This document shows positions 37,528 through 49,221 of a stretch of 64,000 bases of DNA, in pieces (the stretch's first letter is position 1; each line of letters opens with the position of its first letter). The DNA is taken from contig MEWB01000001.1 of the NCBI GenBank assembly GCA_001773215.1, forward strand, positions 5,964 to 69,963. The letters run 5' to 3'. The stretch comes from a candidate division WWE3 bacterium RIFOXYC1_FULL_40_10 (lineage in GTDB: Bacteria > Patescibacteriota > WWE3 > UBA101185 > UBA10185). The translations under genes were made by a program, and so were the position numbers. The notes beneath the pieces are model-generated. The model saw only the letters and a list, made by a program, of their open reading frames with translations. It did no database searches and had not been told where the DNA came from.

Positions 37528-38475
37528 TTAGTTTATAAAAAACTGGCGTGCAATAAACCCGATATAGATAACGAGTAAAACAAGGGCTTCAAAACGGTTG
37601 ATATTTTTTTGTGAGTCGGAGAAAATGAAAAACACTATCATGGCTAGTAGTGCAAACAAGCCCGAATTAAGCATAGCAACACTGTTTATTATAGTAATAG
37701 GGTTAACAAGGGCGGTAATAGCAATAACTACAGTACTGTTTACAATTACACTGCCAATTAAATTTCCCATTACCGAGCTATCATCATGCTCCTCAACTGC
37801 TTTGATGGAGAAAACTATTTCGGGTAACGACGTTCCTACTGCAGTTAGTGTAAGCCCTACAAAAGCTATGCTAATACCTAGACTTTGTGATATGCCTAAA
37901 GAAGACCTAACAATGAACTCGCTGGCAGTTACTAGTACAAGCAATGAGATCACAAAGAGTGTAACTTGTTTTAATAAATCTTTGTGGTGTAATTTTTCAA
38001 GGACTTTTTCTGAAAGACTGCTTTTTTCTAGAAAGGCAACTGTATAAATCAAGTAGCATGCTAGTAGGATAAGAGCGTCAATTCTGCTTACAAGGTTATC
38101 GTATGCCAGCCCCAGGGTTAGGCATGAAAATATGATGGCGAAGTAGATATCCTTTGTAGAAAACACTCTCCGGGAGGATACCTTTTTTGCAAATAAAAGC
38201 ACAACTGCAGGTACCAGGGATAGGAGGGCGATGTTTGAACCTATTGCATTTCCAAAAGAAAGTTCTTGGGTTCCTTTTAGTGCCGATTCCACGCCCACCA
38301 ATACTTCGGGGAGGGAGGTTGCTAGGGCGACCAGAACAAAACTAATCGTATAACTAGAGATATCAAAGTGTTTAGCTAAACAGGAAGCGGATTTTGAGAA
38401 GGTTTCGACGGCCTTTATTAGAACAATGCTTGACAAAACGATGAGGAGAATATTTTCCAGAGCCTGAATTGACAT
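37528..38475 (-). CDS. Ca2+/cation antiporter (CaCA family, YrbG-like)
   Basis: Two alpha-repeat motifs GNAIGSNI and GTSLPE. About 10 TM helices. Confidence 0.8.
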   Translation of the reverse strand: MSIQALENILLIVLSSIVLIKAVETFSKSASCLAKHFDISSYTISFVLVALATSLPEVLVGVESALKGTQELSFGNAIGSNIALLSLVPAVVLLFAKKVSSRRVFSTKDIYFAIIFSCLTLGLAYDNLVSRIDALILLACYLIYTVAFLEKSSLSEKVLEKLHHKDLLKQVTLFVISLLVLVTASEFIVRSSLGISQSLGISIAFVGLTLTAVGTSLPEIVFSIKAVEEHDDSSVMGNLIGSVIVNSTVVIAITALVNPITIINSVAMLNSGLFALLAMIVFFIFSDSQKNINRFEALVLLVIYIGFIARQFFIN

Positions 38476-38530
38476 AGCACTTGCATAATACAGGATTTAA
38501 CTTCCTCGCAAAATAATCTAGAATAAATCA

Positions 38531-39016
38531 ATGCAACTGATTAAGCGAGATAGTTCTTTGTGGAGTTACCTAACTGATGACTTGCGCGGTTTAGTGGAAG
38601 ATGGCGAGTTTCTTTTGGAGGTTGCCGATCAAACTAAGAAAGAAGAGTTTTTGTCTGATTACTCTTACCTGGTTTTTCCGTTTGCAAAAGCATACGAGGG
38701 GTTTCTAAAGAAGTTTTTTTTGGATACTAAATTAATACATGAGGAAGAATACTATAGTGATGACATCAGAATTGGCAGAATTTTAAATCCCCATTTCGAC
38801 AAGGAAAAACAAAATGTATTCAGAAAAATATGCAATCATTCTAAGGAAGGGAGGAAAATTTCATCGAAATTGTGGGAAACATGGAAAAAGGGTAGAAACT
38901 TAGTTTTTCACTATTTTCCACATAATTTTCGCCGGCTTTCTTACCAACATTCCTTGGAAATTATCCAGGAAATCATTTCCTCGATGAACTCTGCGATAAT
39001 GGAGTGTAATGTGTGA
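38531..39016 (+). CDS. hypothetical protein
   Basis: 161-aa ORF. Confidence 0.5.
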   Translation: MQLIKRDSSLWSYLTDDLRGLVEDGEFLLEVADQTKKEEFLSDYSYLVFPFAKAYEGFLKKFFLDTKLIHEEEYYSDDIRIGRILNPHFDKEKQNVFRKICNHSKEGRKISSKLWETWKKGRNLVFHYFPHNFRRLSYQHSLEIIQEIISSMNSAIMECNV

Positions 39017-39031
39017 TGCTATAATCTTTTT

Positions 39032-40063
39032 GTGAATTCTAGCGACAAAATAAATAAAAAAGCAAAAGTAGCTGTAGGACTAAGCGGTGGGGTCGATTCA
39101 GCAGTATCCGCATACTTGCTAAAAGAGCAGGGGTACGACATAACCGGTGTATTTTTGAAGTGTTGGGAAAAGGAAGTGGGCTGTGATTCCGACAAGGATA
39201 AAATATTTGCTATAAGGAACGCAAAGCATCTGGGTATTAAATTCGAGCAACTGAATTTTGTTGAAAAATATACATCAAAAGTATTAGACTACTTTTTTGA
39301 GGAATATAAAGCAGGGAGAACCCCAAATCCGGATGTAATGTGTAACAAAGAGATAAAATTCGGCCTATTCTACGAATGGGCAATGAACAATGGCTTTGAT
39401 TTTGTAGCTACAGGGCATTATGCTCGAGTTGTTGATGGGAACCTACTTAAGGGGATTGATGACTCGAAAGATCAGTCATACTTTTTGTATTTGCTCGATC
39501 AAGAAAAGTTGAATCGGGTTTTATTTCCAGTAGGTAATCTACTAAAAGAAAAGGTGCGCGTTATCGCCAAGAATGCTAGTTTGCCATCGGCAGACCGCCC
39601 TGACAGTGTCGGGATTTGTTTTATAGGCGAAATTGATGTTAGGAAATTTTTGGAAGACAAACTTGAAAAAAAAGAAGGCAATGTATTGGATATTTCGGGC
39701 GCGGTTGTCGGCAGGCACGATGGTGTTTGGTTTTATACAATCGGTCAAAGACACGGTTTTGAAGTTGATGCGTATAAAGGTGTTCCTATGTATGTAATAA
39801 AGAAGGACGCGCAGAGTAATGAGCTAGTGGTTGGTCCTCGAGATCAAGCACTGAGGGATAGTTTCTATGTTGAAGATTTGCATTGGATAACTAAAGGCTC
39901 GCCAAAGCAGGTGAGAATAAGGCACTTGGGGGATTGCTACGACTGTGAATTAGTTGATAACAGTTTGGTTAAACTAAACAAACCAATTTTTGGAGTTGCT
40001 CCCGGCCAGAGTGCAGTTTTTTATAACGATGAAGTGCTTTTGGGTGGGGGAGTTATTCAGTAA
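39032..40063 (+). CDS. mnmA: tRNA 2-thiouridine(34) synthase
   Basis: PP-loop SGGVDSAV. Catalytic Cys residues. Confidence 0.85.
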   Translation: MNSSDKINKKAKVAVGLSGGVDSAVSAYLLKEQGYDITGVFLKCWEKEVGCDSDKDKIFAIRNAKHLGIKFEQLNFVEKYTSKVLDYFFEEYKAGRTPNPDVMCNKEIKFGLFYEWAMNNGFDFVATGHYARVVDGNLLKGIDDSKDQSYFLYLLDQEKLNRVLFPVGNLLKEKVRVIAKNASLPSADRPDSVGICFIGEIDVRKFLEDKLEKKEGNVLDISGAVVGRHDGVWFYTIGQRHGFEVDAYKGVPMYVIKKDAQSNELVVGPRDQALRDSFYVEDLHWITKGSPKQVRIRHLGDCYDCELVDNSLVKLNKPIFGVAPGQSAVFYNDEVLLGGGVIQ

Positions 40064-42393
40064 CCTCAAAAAAGGCATCTTTTACTATCAGACTGTTTTT
40101 CCACTTATTTTGAGTGTCTACTTGCACTACATAGGATTGAGTTTGCTCAATATTGCCATACATGTCTTGGCTCCTAAACCTTAAAACCGAAATCCCGCTT
40201 TGAGCTGGCGAAAAGGCCTGGTTATATATCTGCCAGCCGGACTCGTCATTCAAGGTGAAAAAAACAATCGGGTTAGGGTCTTGGTTGTCTAGCGCCGACA
40301 ACTCTATTACGGGATTTTCTATATACCAACTATTTACTTTGCTACCCGATATGTTTATGTCGGTTTGAGGGGCAGAGTAATCCGAAGAGTCCGCAAAGAG
40401 AGCAAAGTGGCTAAAATGGAAGGTTTCTGATGTAACCACTCCTTCGACAAGGTCAAGGACAGTTGGAAGAGCCTCCCATATCAGATCAATATTATCCCAA
40501 ACGTAAGTTTTGATAGTATTTGTTACTGCATTGTTTCTAAGCTCTCTTGGGAGATTTAATTCCAGTTTTGCGCTAACTTCCAGGCTTTGGATGTCATTTC
40601 CAAGCTGATCTTGTAATTCCACTAAAAAAGCCGACCCATCTATATATACGAGATTTCCTTGTGATTCGGGAAGCTGGGGGATACCCATTTCTTTGAGAGT
40701 TATCGTCGCGGGTTTTGTTACAGCTCCTGCTAGAAGGGTTACCGTTTTGTTATTTGTGGTTACTGTGGTTTCGGCGTTGCCCGATGTGAATTTTGAGTTG
40801 CTAACCAAAGGACTGTTCCAAAGGTAAAGGCTATGAGAACCTCTTTTTTCTCCCTCGTTTGTCGCCCACTTAAGTTCAGGCCAGGGATCGTTGGAATATT
40901 TAGTTGGATTCCATCCAAAAGGATCGATTTTTCCGGAAGGGTCCTCATCCTCAAAATTTCCATCCCCATTTGTATCCTTAGTCACTTCTAAGTGTAAGTG
41001 TGGTCCCGAAGAAACCCCTGTCATCCCAACTTTTCCAATTAGGTTCCCTGTTTCCACCCATACGCCTTCTTGTCCCATTGTTATCAAGTCCTGGGATTGG
41101 AGATGCTTATATTTAGTTTCGTAACCGTTTAAGTGATCTATTTTTATTGTATTTCCGCAGCCTGTGCAGGAATGGAACGTGGCAACTCCCGGAGTTGGAG
41201 CTAAAATGGGGGTTCCATAGCCTAAAGAAAAGTCTATCCCGTTATGAGAGCTGTAGTACATTTCGGGTGGGTACCCTTTTACGCCGTAGAAGTTTAAGGT
41301 ACTTTGGGATTCTGTATATGGCTCCTTTGGGTATGGGGCTGTCAACATGGGATAGGCATGGTCGAAATAGCTGGTTATTCTTGTGATTTGTTCAGACGAG
41401 TTTGTGGTCGTCCAGGGAATTTCCAGGAAAGGGTTAGATGTAATCGAATTTGGAATGGTATACCTGTACACTCCTCCCGACGAAATATTTGCGAAAAGAT
41501 ACGAAGGTTCAGAAAACAGCCATACTAAATCTTGCGTTCTAGAAAAGTGATCTAGAACCAATCCGGTATTTTCCCACGAATCACCAAAATTATCGCTGAA
41601 AAACACTTTTGCCGTATTCCAATCTACATCTCGGGCAGAGGAGTAAAGGATATTATTGTAATAGGCTAGTCCTCCCGGCTCAAAGTTAGGAAAATTTAGT
41701 AACCTGTGCCAGGATAAACCTAAGTCAGCTGATCGATATAGGCCACTGGTAGTAGATGCGAAGGCGTAATTATCAATGAGTTCAAAAAAGTATACTAGTT
41801 GTCCTCTCAGCGGGATAATTTCGTTCCATGTTAAGCCCCCATCCACACTTTTATAAGTGTTATTCGCAGTTGACGCTAGGGCAATTACCCCGTTGGACAC
41901 AATGTCCCTTATCTGATTATTGCTAATTCTTTGTTCCCAAGTTTCCCCTTCATCGTGGGAGGTCCAAAGACCCGAGGATGTAGTTCCTAAGTACATACCG
42001 TTCATATCCCTTTCGATTGATGTGCAAGGTATGTTTGGTCCCAAATGGCTCCAGGTGTTTGATTCCGGGTCATACTCCATCAGTCCTACCTCACCGTTCT
42101 GAGAGTAATACGTTGCGGCATAAACTGTTCCGGCATAAGCTTTTATGTCATTTATCCCCATGCCGGGCAAGCCTAGCTTGGACCATGTCCCCCCAAGGTC
42201 TTTGGAGGAATATATACCGTTATAGGGATTAGCCCAAAGCCGGCCATCGTTTTCCCCTGCAAATATCCCATAAGGAGTATTTTCCAAGCCTTGAATGAAA
42301 TAGCTGTTTAGCTGAGTATTTTGCCAATTTTCAGCCCATACATCCTGTGCAAGTAATAGTAGTATCAGTAAAAATTTGAGATTTTTTTGCATA
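40053..42393 (-). CDS. secreted BNR/Asp-box repeat (sialidase-like propeller) protein fused to M23 (LytM) peptidase domain
   Basis: Signal peptide MQKNLKFLLILLLLAQDVWA. At least 5 Asp-box repeats (SKDLGGTW, SHDEGETW, SVDGGLTW, SADLGLSW, SDNFGDSW). M23 motifs HxxxD-like GIDF and HLHLEV (about 40985..41245). Large C-terminal beta-rich region. Confidence 0.75.
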
Positions 42394-42409
42394 CTCCACA
42401 AATACATCC

Positions 42410-43786
42410 TTGTGTAGGTTGTTGCAATACACAATACTCCATCAGCTATGGAAATCAGCTTGTATAGGATATAATGCCCGGGTGGATAACTTAATATCAC
42501 AATTAAAAAATACAAATTCCAGTTTGAGGGAAGCCGAAATCGAAGGCCTCTTGTTTTTGTTGATCCAGTCGAAGGGTATTACAAATACCGAACTAATTCA
42601 AAAAACCGGTCTCCCGAAAGAGACTTTACGACTCTTTCTTAATAGTATTGGCAGTTACTTAGAAGAGCAAAAGGGAGCACAAGTAAAAATTAAAGACGAA
42701 TTTCTAGCTAAAATGGAAACTCTAAAAATGAGGCCTTATGAATGGTCTTTATTGGCATATAACGATCCCGCACTTACTCAAAAGATTCGCGAAATTAGAG
42801 AAAAGTTCCAACTCATTCCCAAAAGGGACTACGATCAATTTTTTGCAACATGTGAAACCAGTGTTTCAAAATATAAAGTTATGATGGCTAAAGGTGTAAT
42901 TGAGAGAAAAAAAATTGCCTTTTTGGGAGATGACGATTGGGTGTCTCTCGTTACGGGAATTGACTCAAGTAAGCATTCCCTCATAAGAGTTTTCGATATA
43001 GATCCTGGAATACTGAAAACAATCAAAACGCTTTCTACCGAATTAGGAATAAAGAATCTTTTTACCCATCAGTACGACGTTAGGGAAGCCCTTTTACCCG
43101 AATTTATAGGTGGGTTTGATGTTGTTGTTACTGACCCGCCTTATACTAAGTCGGGAATAATGCTTTTTTTAAACAGAGCAATGCAGTTACTGAATAAAGA
43201 GGGGTATATATTTTTGTATTTTGGCAATAGTTTTAAAACGCCGGAGAAGTTTATTAAAATTCAGGAAATTATTGGCAGGTTTGGATTAGTGATAGAAGAT
43301 AAAATCGATAAATTTGCCCGCTACCATGGTGCAGAGTCAATAGGCAGCGCCAGTTCGCTATATGTGTTACGTGCTTCTGAATATTCGCACGACTTAAGCG
43401 GAGCTGTGTTGCCTAAATCTATATATACCTTTGAGAATCAAAAAGAGGAAAAATTTCCATTTGTAGACCACGTAGTATTTAAGATTGCGGGAGTATCTTC
43501 GGATATTCTAAATTCTAAAACCAAACTTCAAAAATTGGCGGGAGATTTTTGTAAAAAGCATAGATTAAAGGTTGTGGATACAAAAGTAACAGTTTTTAAG
43601 GGGCAAGGGGTGTCGTTAACTTATATTTTGGCTAATTCTAATTTAGTTATTCACACTTGGCCTGAATATAAGGCACTGCATATTGATTTAGTAACCTGTG
43701 TACCAATTTTTGCGAAAGCAGTGTTGGCTGATACCCTAAGCAGTCTGTTTAAGACCAATAAGATCGAAATGACAGTGGTGGAGTAA
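42410..43786 (+). CDS. fusion protein: DUF43/BpsA-like aminopropyltransferase domain (FLGDDD, DPPYT) + C-terminal S-adenosylmethionine decarboxylase-like (SpeH class 1) domain
   Basis: Middle region IAFLGDDDWVSL and DVVVTDPPYTKSG. C-terminal LANSNLVIHTWPEYKALHIDLVTC matches the AdoMetDC proenzyme signature (ESHxxIHTWPE...D.FTC). Likely start is the in-frame GTG near 42478. Confidence 0.6.
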   Translation: MCRLLQYTILHQLWKSACIGYNARVDNLISQLKNTNSSLREAEIEGLLFLLIQSKGITNTELIQKTGLPKETLRLFLNSIGSYLEEQKGAQVKIKDEFLAKMETLKMRPYEWSLLAYNDPALTQKIREIREKFQLIPKRDYDQFFATCETSVSKYKVMMAKGVIERKKIAFLGDDDWVSLVTGIDSSKHSLIRVFDIDPGILKTIKTLSTELGIKNLFTHQYDVREALLPEFIGGFDVVVTDPPYTKSGIMLFLNRAMQLLNKEGYIFLYFGNSFKTPEKFIKIQEIIGRFGLVIEDKIDKFARYHGAESIGSASSLYVLRASEYSHDLSGAVLPKSIYTFENQKEEKFPFVDHVVFKIAGVSSDILNSKTKLQKLAGDFCKKHRLKVVDTKVTVFKGQGVSLTYILANSNLVIHTWPEYKALHIDLVTCVPIFAKAVLADTLSSLFKTNKIEMTVVE

Positions 43787-43907
43787 GCAGAGTTTGATTT
43801 TTTCCCAGTTTTATGGGATATTGCCTATAGTAAATTTCAAATCTTTTCTTAAGGAGAAAAAAGTGAATATTGGAATGTTGTGATTTGATAACGATCCCAA
43901 AGCAGGT

Positions 43908-44162
43908 TTGGCGCAGAAGATTGAACGGGCGGCCACTTATTACACGACGAAATATGGTAAGGCTCCCACCTTATGTTTCGTCCACCCCAGCATGTTAACC
44001 GAAGAATTGCAGCCAGCCCCGGACGGTAAGTATTACACTTCCGAAGGAGTGGAAATTCGAACCAGTAGTAGTGTACTGCCCAACCATTTCTGGGTTGGCT
44101 GTAACAACTTGGGCTCAGTTAATACGGATCGTGAAACAGGCCCAGTGCGCGGGGAGGGATGA
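43908..44162 (+). CDS. hypothetical protein (higher GC than surroundings)
   Basis: 84-aa ORF. Confidence 0.4.
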   Translation: MAQKIERAATYYTTKYGKAPTLCFVHPSMLTEELQPAPDGKYYTSEGVEIRTSSSVLPNHFWVGCNNLGSVNTDRETGPVRGEG

Positions 44163-44492
44163 ATGAAATACGGTTCCCTTAGAGCGTCATACCACGCCAA
44201 TATCGACGAAAATTCCCCTGAAGATATTGCCAAGAGATTGGTAAATATCCTGGATTGGTTGCTTCACCTGGAGAGAGCTCCCTGGCTTCTGGAGATGGCA
44301 ATTTTATTAGAGGTGTCTCCGGAGTTTCTGCCGTATGTTTGTAAAGCGTTTGGGTTTTCTTATCCAATGAAGATGGGGGAACGAGCAAATCTTGGAATAA
44401 ACAGAGAGTTAATGGTTGCCGTGAAGTCAAACGGGGCACTAACAGGCAGGAAAATCGTGCTACTTGGCCATGTTCTACATGTAGGTGAGTGA
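44163..44492 (+). CDS. hypothetical protein (coupled to the previous gene)
   Basis: 109-aa ORF. ATG immediately follows the preceding stop. Confidence 0.4.
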   Translation: MKYGSLRASYHANIDENSPEDIAKRLVNILDWLLHLERAPWLLEMAILLEVSPEFLPYVCKAFGFSYPMKMGERANLGINRELMVAVKSNGALTGRKIVLLGHVLHVGE

Positions 44493-44737
44493 AAAACCGA
44501 TAAGGCTCTTATTCTTAAGAATAGGAGCCTATTTCTTTGGGATTAAGCATTGACCAAATACAAAACTCCTGTTAACTTGTCACTACACTAATACTGTTGT
44601 TTTCTTTTCCAAAATAGTGTATACAATCTTACTGCACGTTAATAATTTAATATCACCTATATTTATTATTTTGAATTTCAAGATTCAAAAGGTAAGAAGA
44701 ACGTTTGTGCACACTTATTCGTTTAAGTGTGTCTTTG

Positions 44738-46177
<1,440 letters not shown>

Positions 46178-46426
46178 CTTTGTGCTTTTTTCTTAACGAG
46201 AAAAGGGTGTTTTTGATAGGCGTTATCATGTGTCTGTGTTACACAGGCAATGACCGCATACTCAGAAAACACATTTTGGTGTAGAAGAGCTCTATACATC
46301 AAACTTAAAACCAGTTGTTTTACTCACAAAACAACTTGAGCAGGTTCGGAGTGAGCCTAAACTCTTGTTCTTCTTACCTTTTGGTGCTTGAAATAAATAA
46401 TAAATAAAACAAAAAACTAGATCCCC

Positions 46427-47233
46427 TCAAAAAGGGGATCTTTTGGATTCTATGCCGGTGCCCCCCGGGAATAATTCCTCTATTATTTCCGGAGTGAATC
46501 TTGCCATAACTTCTTTAACTCGCAACCTGTCTGTACTATCTCCAAAGCATGCCTTTTCTACAAATTCTTTTCCAAATACATAAATCAAAGATTCAAAAAA
46601 AGCTATGCGTTTTCTATCGATTTCCTCTAACTGACCTATTCGACTTCCGAACTTTTTGACCAATAGGTCTTCATAATATCGGGCACAGCATTCGTCTAGA
46701 GGTTTTGTGAATATATCGGGATTATCCCGATTCTGGACAACGTGAACGACCTCATGGCGAAATGTTTCCAGTTGTATTTGAGATACTACAAGATTTCTGA
46801 CAGCTTGTGGAATTTTGTCCTGTTCAACAAACAGATTACTGTACCTGCTTATCATTGTATCTCTAGCATATTGAGGGAGGTTGTTCCAATACTCTATTGG
46901 GTCTTGAAGAACGATCTTTGGTATACCATCCTTTACTGTACAGACTCCCATTACTTCAGCATGCTCACTAAGCGGGGTTTCCGAACCTTCCTGGCGTATT
47001 TTTCTAACGATTTCTCTGGGAGCAATACATGTATGTTCACTAATGTTTTCCAGTAGCGTTTTATTTTTTTCTGCCATGTTTTTTCCAATTTCATCAAGTA
47101 GCCCTCGAGAGATTTTGGTTATTTCTTTTTTAAACAGTTCGTTGGTGATAGTAAATGGGTTAGGAATTTCGACTTTGTTGGGTAGTCTCCCAGGGGATGT
47201 TGTTTCTGATATATCAGTCTCAATAATGCTCAT
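46427..47233 (-). CDS. hypothetical protein with HExxH motif (putative zinc metallopeptidase)
   Basis: 268 aa. FRHEVVHVVQ contains HEVVH. Third gene of a minus-strand trio. Confidence 0.5.
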   Translation of the reverse strand: MSIIETDISETTSPGRLPNKVEIPNPFTITNELFKKEITKISRGLLDEIGKNMAEKNKTLLENISEHTCIAPREIVRKIRQEGSETPLSEHAEVMGVCTVKDGIPKIVLQDPIEYWNNLPQYARDTMISRYSNLFVEQDKIPQAVRNLVVSQIQLETFRHEVVHVVQNRDNPDIFTKPLDECCARYYEDLLVKKFGSRIGQLEEIDRKRIAFFESLIYVFGKEFVEKACFGDSTDRLRVKEVMARFTPEIIEELFPGGTGIESKRSPF

Positions 47234-47277
47234 TAGTATCTATGATAATACAATTAAGTAAACAAATATAAGAACGC

Positions 47278-48627
47278 TTATGCTGTGATTTCAAATCTTC
47301 CACCCTTTTTTTCGAAATCTTTAACTGTAACGGGGACTACAAGTTTAGACTCCTGCTGAGTGTCATATCTATACTGTGTGCTTCCGGTGATTGGTTCTTG
47401 AAGAGCCTGGTTTTTATTACCTAGTACATGCACAAATCCATCGCCGATTTTTTCTCTCACACTATTTGAGCACTTTACTGTAACATTGCCCTGGTTATCT
47501 TCTATTGTCCCCCAATAATCCCCCTTGGTAAGTTTAGTTCTATTAGGCATTATCGCTGATGCAATTGCTCGTAAAGCAGATGTATTTGCAAAGACGCCTA
47601 ATGAGTTTTTAAATGCGCTATTTGAATTGTCTTTTGCTTGGCGGGGTTCCAAAACATCTATCCTTTCTCTTGACCCGTGGAATAAATAGGCACCGTTCTG
47701 TTCAATTTCCCTCAATATTTCACAAGTATCATTTTCAAACCGATTCTCGAGTGTAATTTTATCCACACCCTCTAAATAAGTAGTTCTGATTTCTTCCTGC
47801 TTCTCCCGAACTTTCTTTGTTTCTTCGATCCATAAAGGATTATGCCTTAATTCTTGCATCCCCGGAATAAAGAATGCCTTTGCCGAGTTGTAGGGAGCAT
47901 CCTCACTTAGTTTTAGGAAGTCCGCCACTTGCCTAGCAAATGCCTCCTTTTTCGAAGCTATATCTCTAAGACTCCCAAAATTGTTTATAGTAGCTGCAGT
48001 ACTTTGTTCGACCGCAACAATTGGGATATATTCGTACGAGGTCCGTGATCGCCCATATAAAATTTCTGCAACATGCCCCATATGAATGCCTGGAAATAAA
48101 CTTGAATCTTCAACCGGTTCCAGTTTTAAAATTTCAGTATTCGATACATCCAAAAACCAATAGTCATCTTCACTTGCCTTAATCACAGTACCCCCGTGCC
48201 TTGCTGGGAGCCCCATAAAAGCTTCAAACCCTGCTCTTTCCATTGCCCTAGCGACTATCTGGCCGCCAAAGATGCAGTTAAAAGCCCCATCCGCCATCTC
48301 CATTGATACAGTTGGGTTTTCAGCCCAGCTTCTAAGTTCTCCTTTACCTTTGTTTATCTCTCTCATTTTTTCAAGAACCCTTACTGCAAATTTACCCACG
48401 GTTTCATTTGGCTCCAGATCCGCGGGAACATCAAATTTTTCTATGTAGTTGTCGATTCCCTGTCTAAATGACTCCCACATTTCTCCCAGAGTTTTTTCTT
48501 TGTTATCCCAAGTAGCTGCCAATTTAACTTCGGACCCTCCTGAAAGTCTATTCCACACTAGCTCAATATCTTGGCTTTGGAGTTCCTTATTAGTTAATTC
48601 TAAACTCTCAGGTTTTTCGTTTGGCAT
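47278..48627 (-). CDS. hypothetical protein
   Basis: About 450 aa from Met MPNEKP. The ORF extends to 48786, overlapping the upstream gene. No motif recognised. Confidence 0.5.
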   Translation of the reverse strand: MPNEKPESLELTNKELQSQDIELVWNRLSGGSEVKLAATWDNKEKTLGEMWESFRQGIDNYIEKFDVPADLEPNETVGKFAVRVLEKMREINKGKGELRSWAENPTVSMEMADGAFNCIFGGQIVARAMERAGFEAFMGLPARHGGTVIKASEDDYWFLDVSNTEILKLEPVEDSSLFPGIHMGHVAEILYGRSRTSYEYIPIVAVEQSTAATINNFGSLRDIASKKEAFARQVADFLKLSEDAPYNSAKAFFIPGMQELRHNPLWIEETKKVREKQEEIRTTYLEGVDKITLENRFENDTCEILREIEQNGAYLFHGSRERIDVLEPRQAKDNSNSAFKNSLGVFANTSALRAIASAIMPNRTKLTKGDYWGTIEDNQGNVTVKCSNSVREKIGDGFVHVLGNKNQALQEPITGSTQYRYDTQQESKLVVPVTVKDFEKKGGRFEITA

Positions 48628-48668
48628 ATCTATTCCGGAGCTGGTCCAAAGCTGGAGTTGCTCTAGTA

Positions 48669-49004
48669 TTATTGGCAAACACAAACTATTGGGCTTCCCT
48701 TGCACGAACGGAATTTTCCCGAACAGCATCTGCTTTGGTCTCCAGGAAGAAGATTTCCCACGCCTGGTTTTACACATACGGAGCAATTAAACCATGAACA
48801 CTTAGCATTTAATCTATTATCGTTGGGTTTACAGCATTGTGATGTTCTTAAACAAGCCCCGCCTGCAGGTTTACAAGAAGCGTTTGTGCCTAAAACATTT
48901 GTGGTTTGAGGCTTAAGATACATTGCCCATACAAGTGTAGATATAATTGATAATGTGAGTCCGCTAATTAATACAAATCCCGCTATTGAACCTTTTTTAT
49001 TCAT
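48669..49004 (-). CDS. secreted cysteine-rich small protein (12 Cys in about 70 aa)
   Basis: N-terminal signal/anchor MNKKGSIAGFVLISGLTLSIISTLVWA. Mature region has 12 Cys including two CC pairs. Confidence 0.55.
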   Translation of the reverse strand: MNKKGSIAGFVLISGLTLSIISTLVWAMYLKPQTTNVLGTNASCKPAGGACLRTSQCCKPNDNRLNAKCSWFNCSVCVKPGVGNLLPGDQSRCCSGKFRSCKGSPIVCVCQ

Positions 49005-49092
49005 TTTATTAAATTAGTTCACCTCATTTCAGGAAAAATAAACTTCACTAAGGAAAGTGTAAATTGTGTGGTGGGAGGTGTCAATGGATGTC

Positions 49093-49169
<77 letters not shown>

Positions 49170-49221
49170 CTGCTCAAAATTGACATAGACATTTTACCAT
49201 TTCGTTCTAAAATATCTACAC

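Noticed and set aside
46419-46441. Hairpin AGATCCCCTCAAAAAGGGGATCT as an independent 16S terminator
   Set aside because: It overlaps the last codons of the minus-strand HExxH gene. It may act as a bidirectional terminator, but this cannot be separated from the coding sequence.
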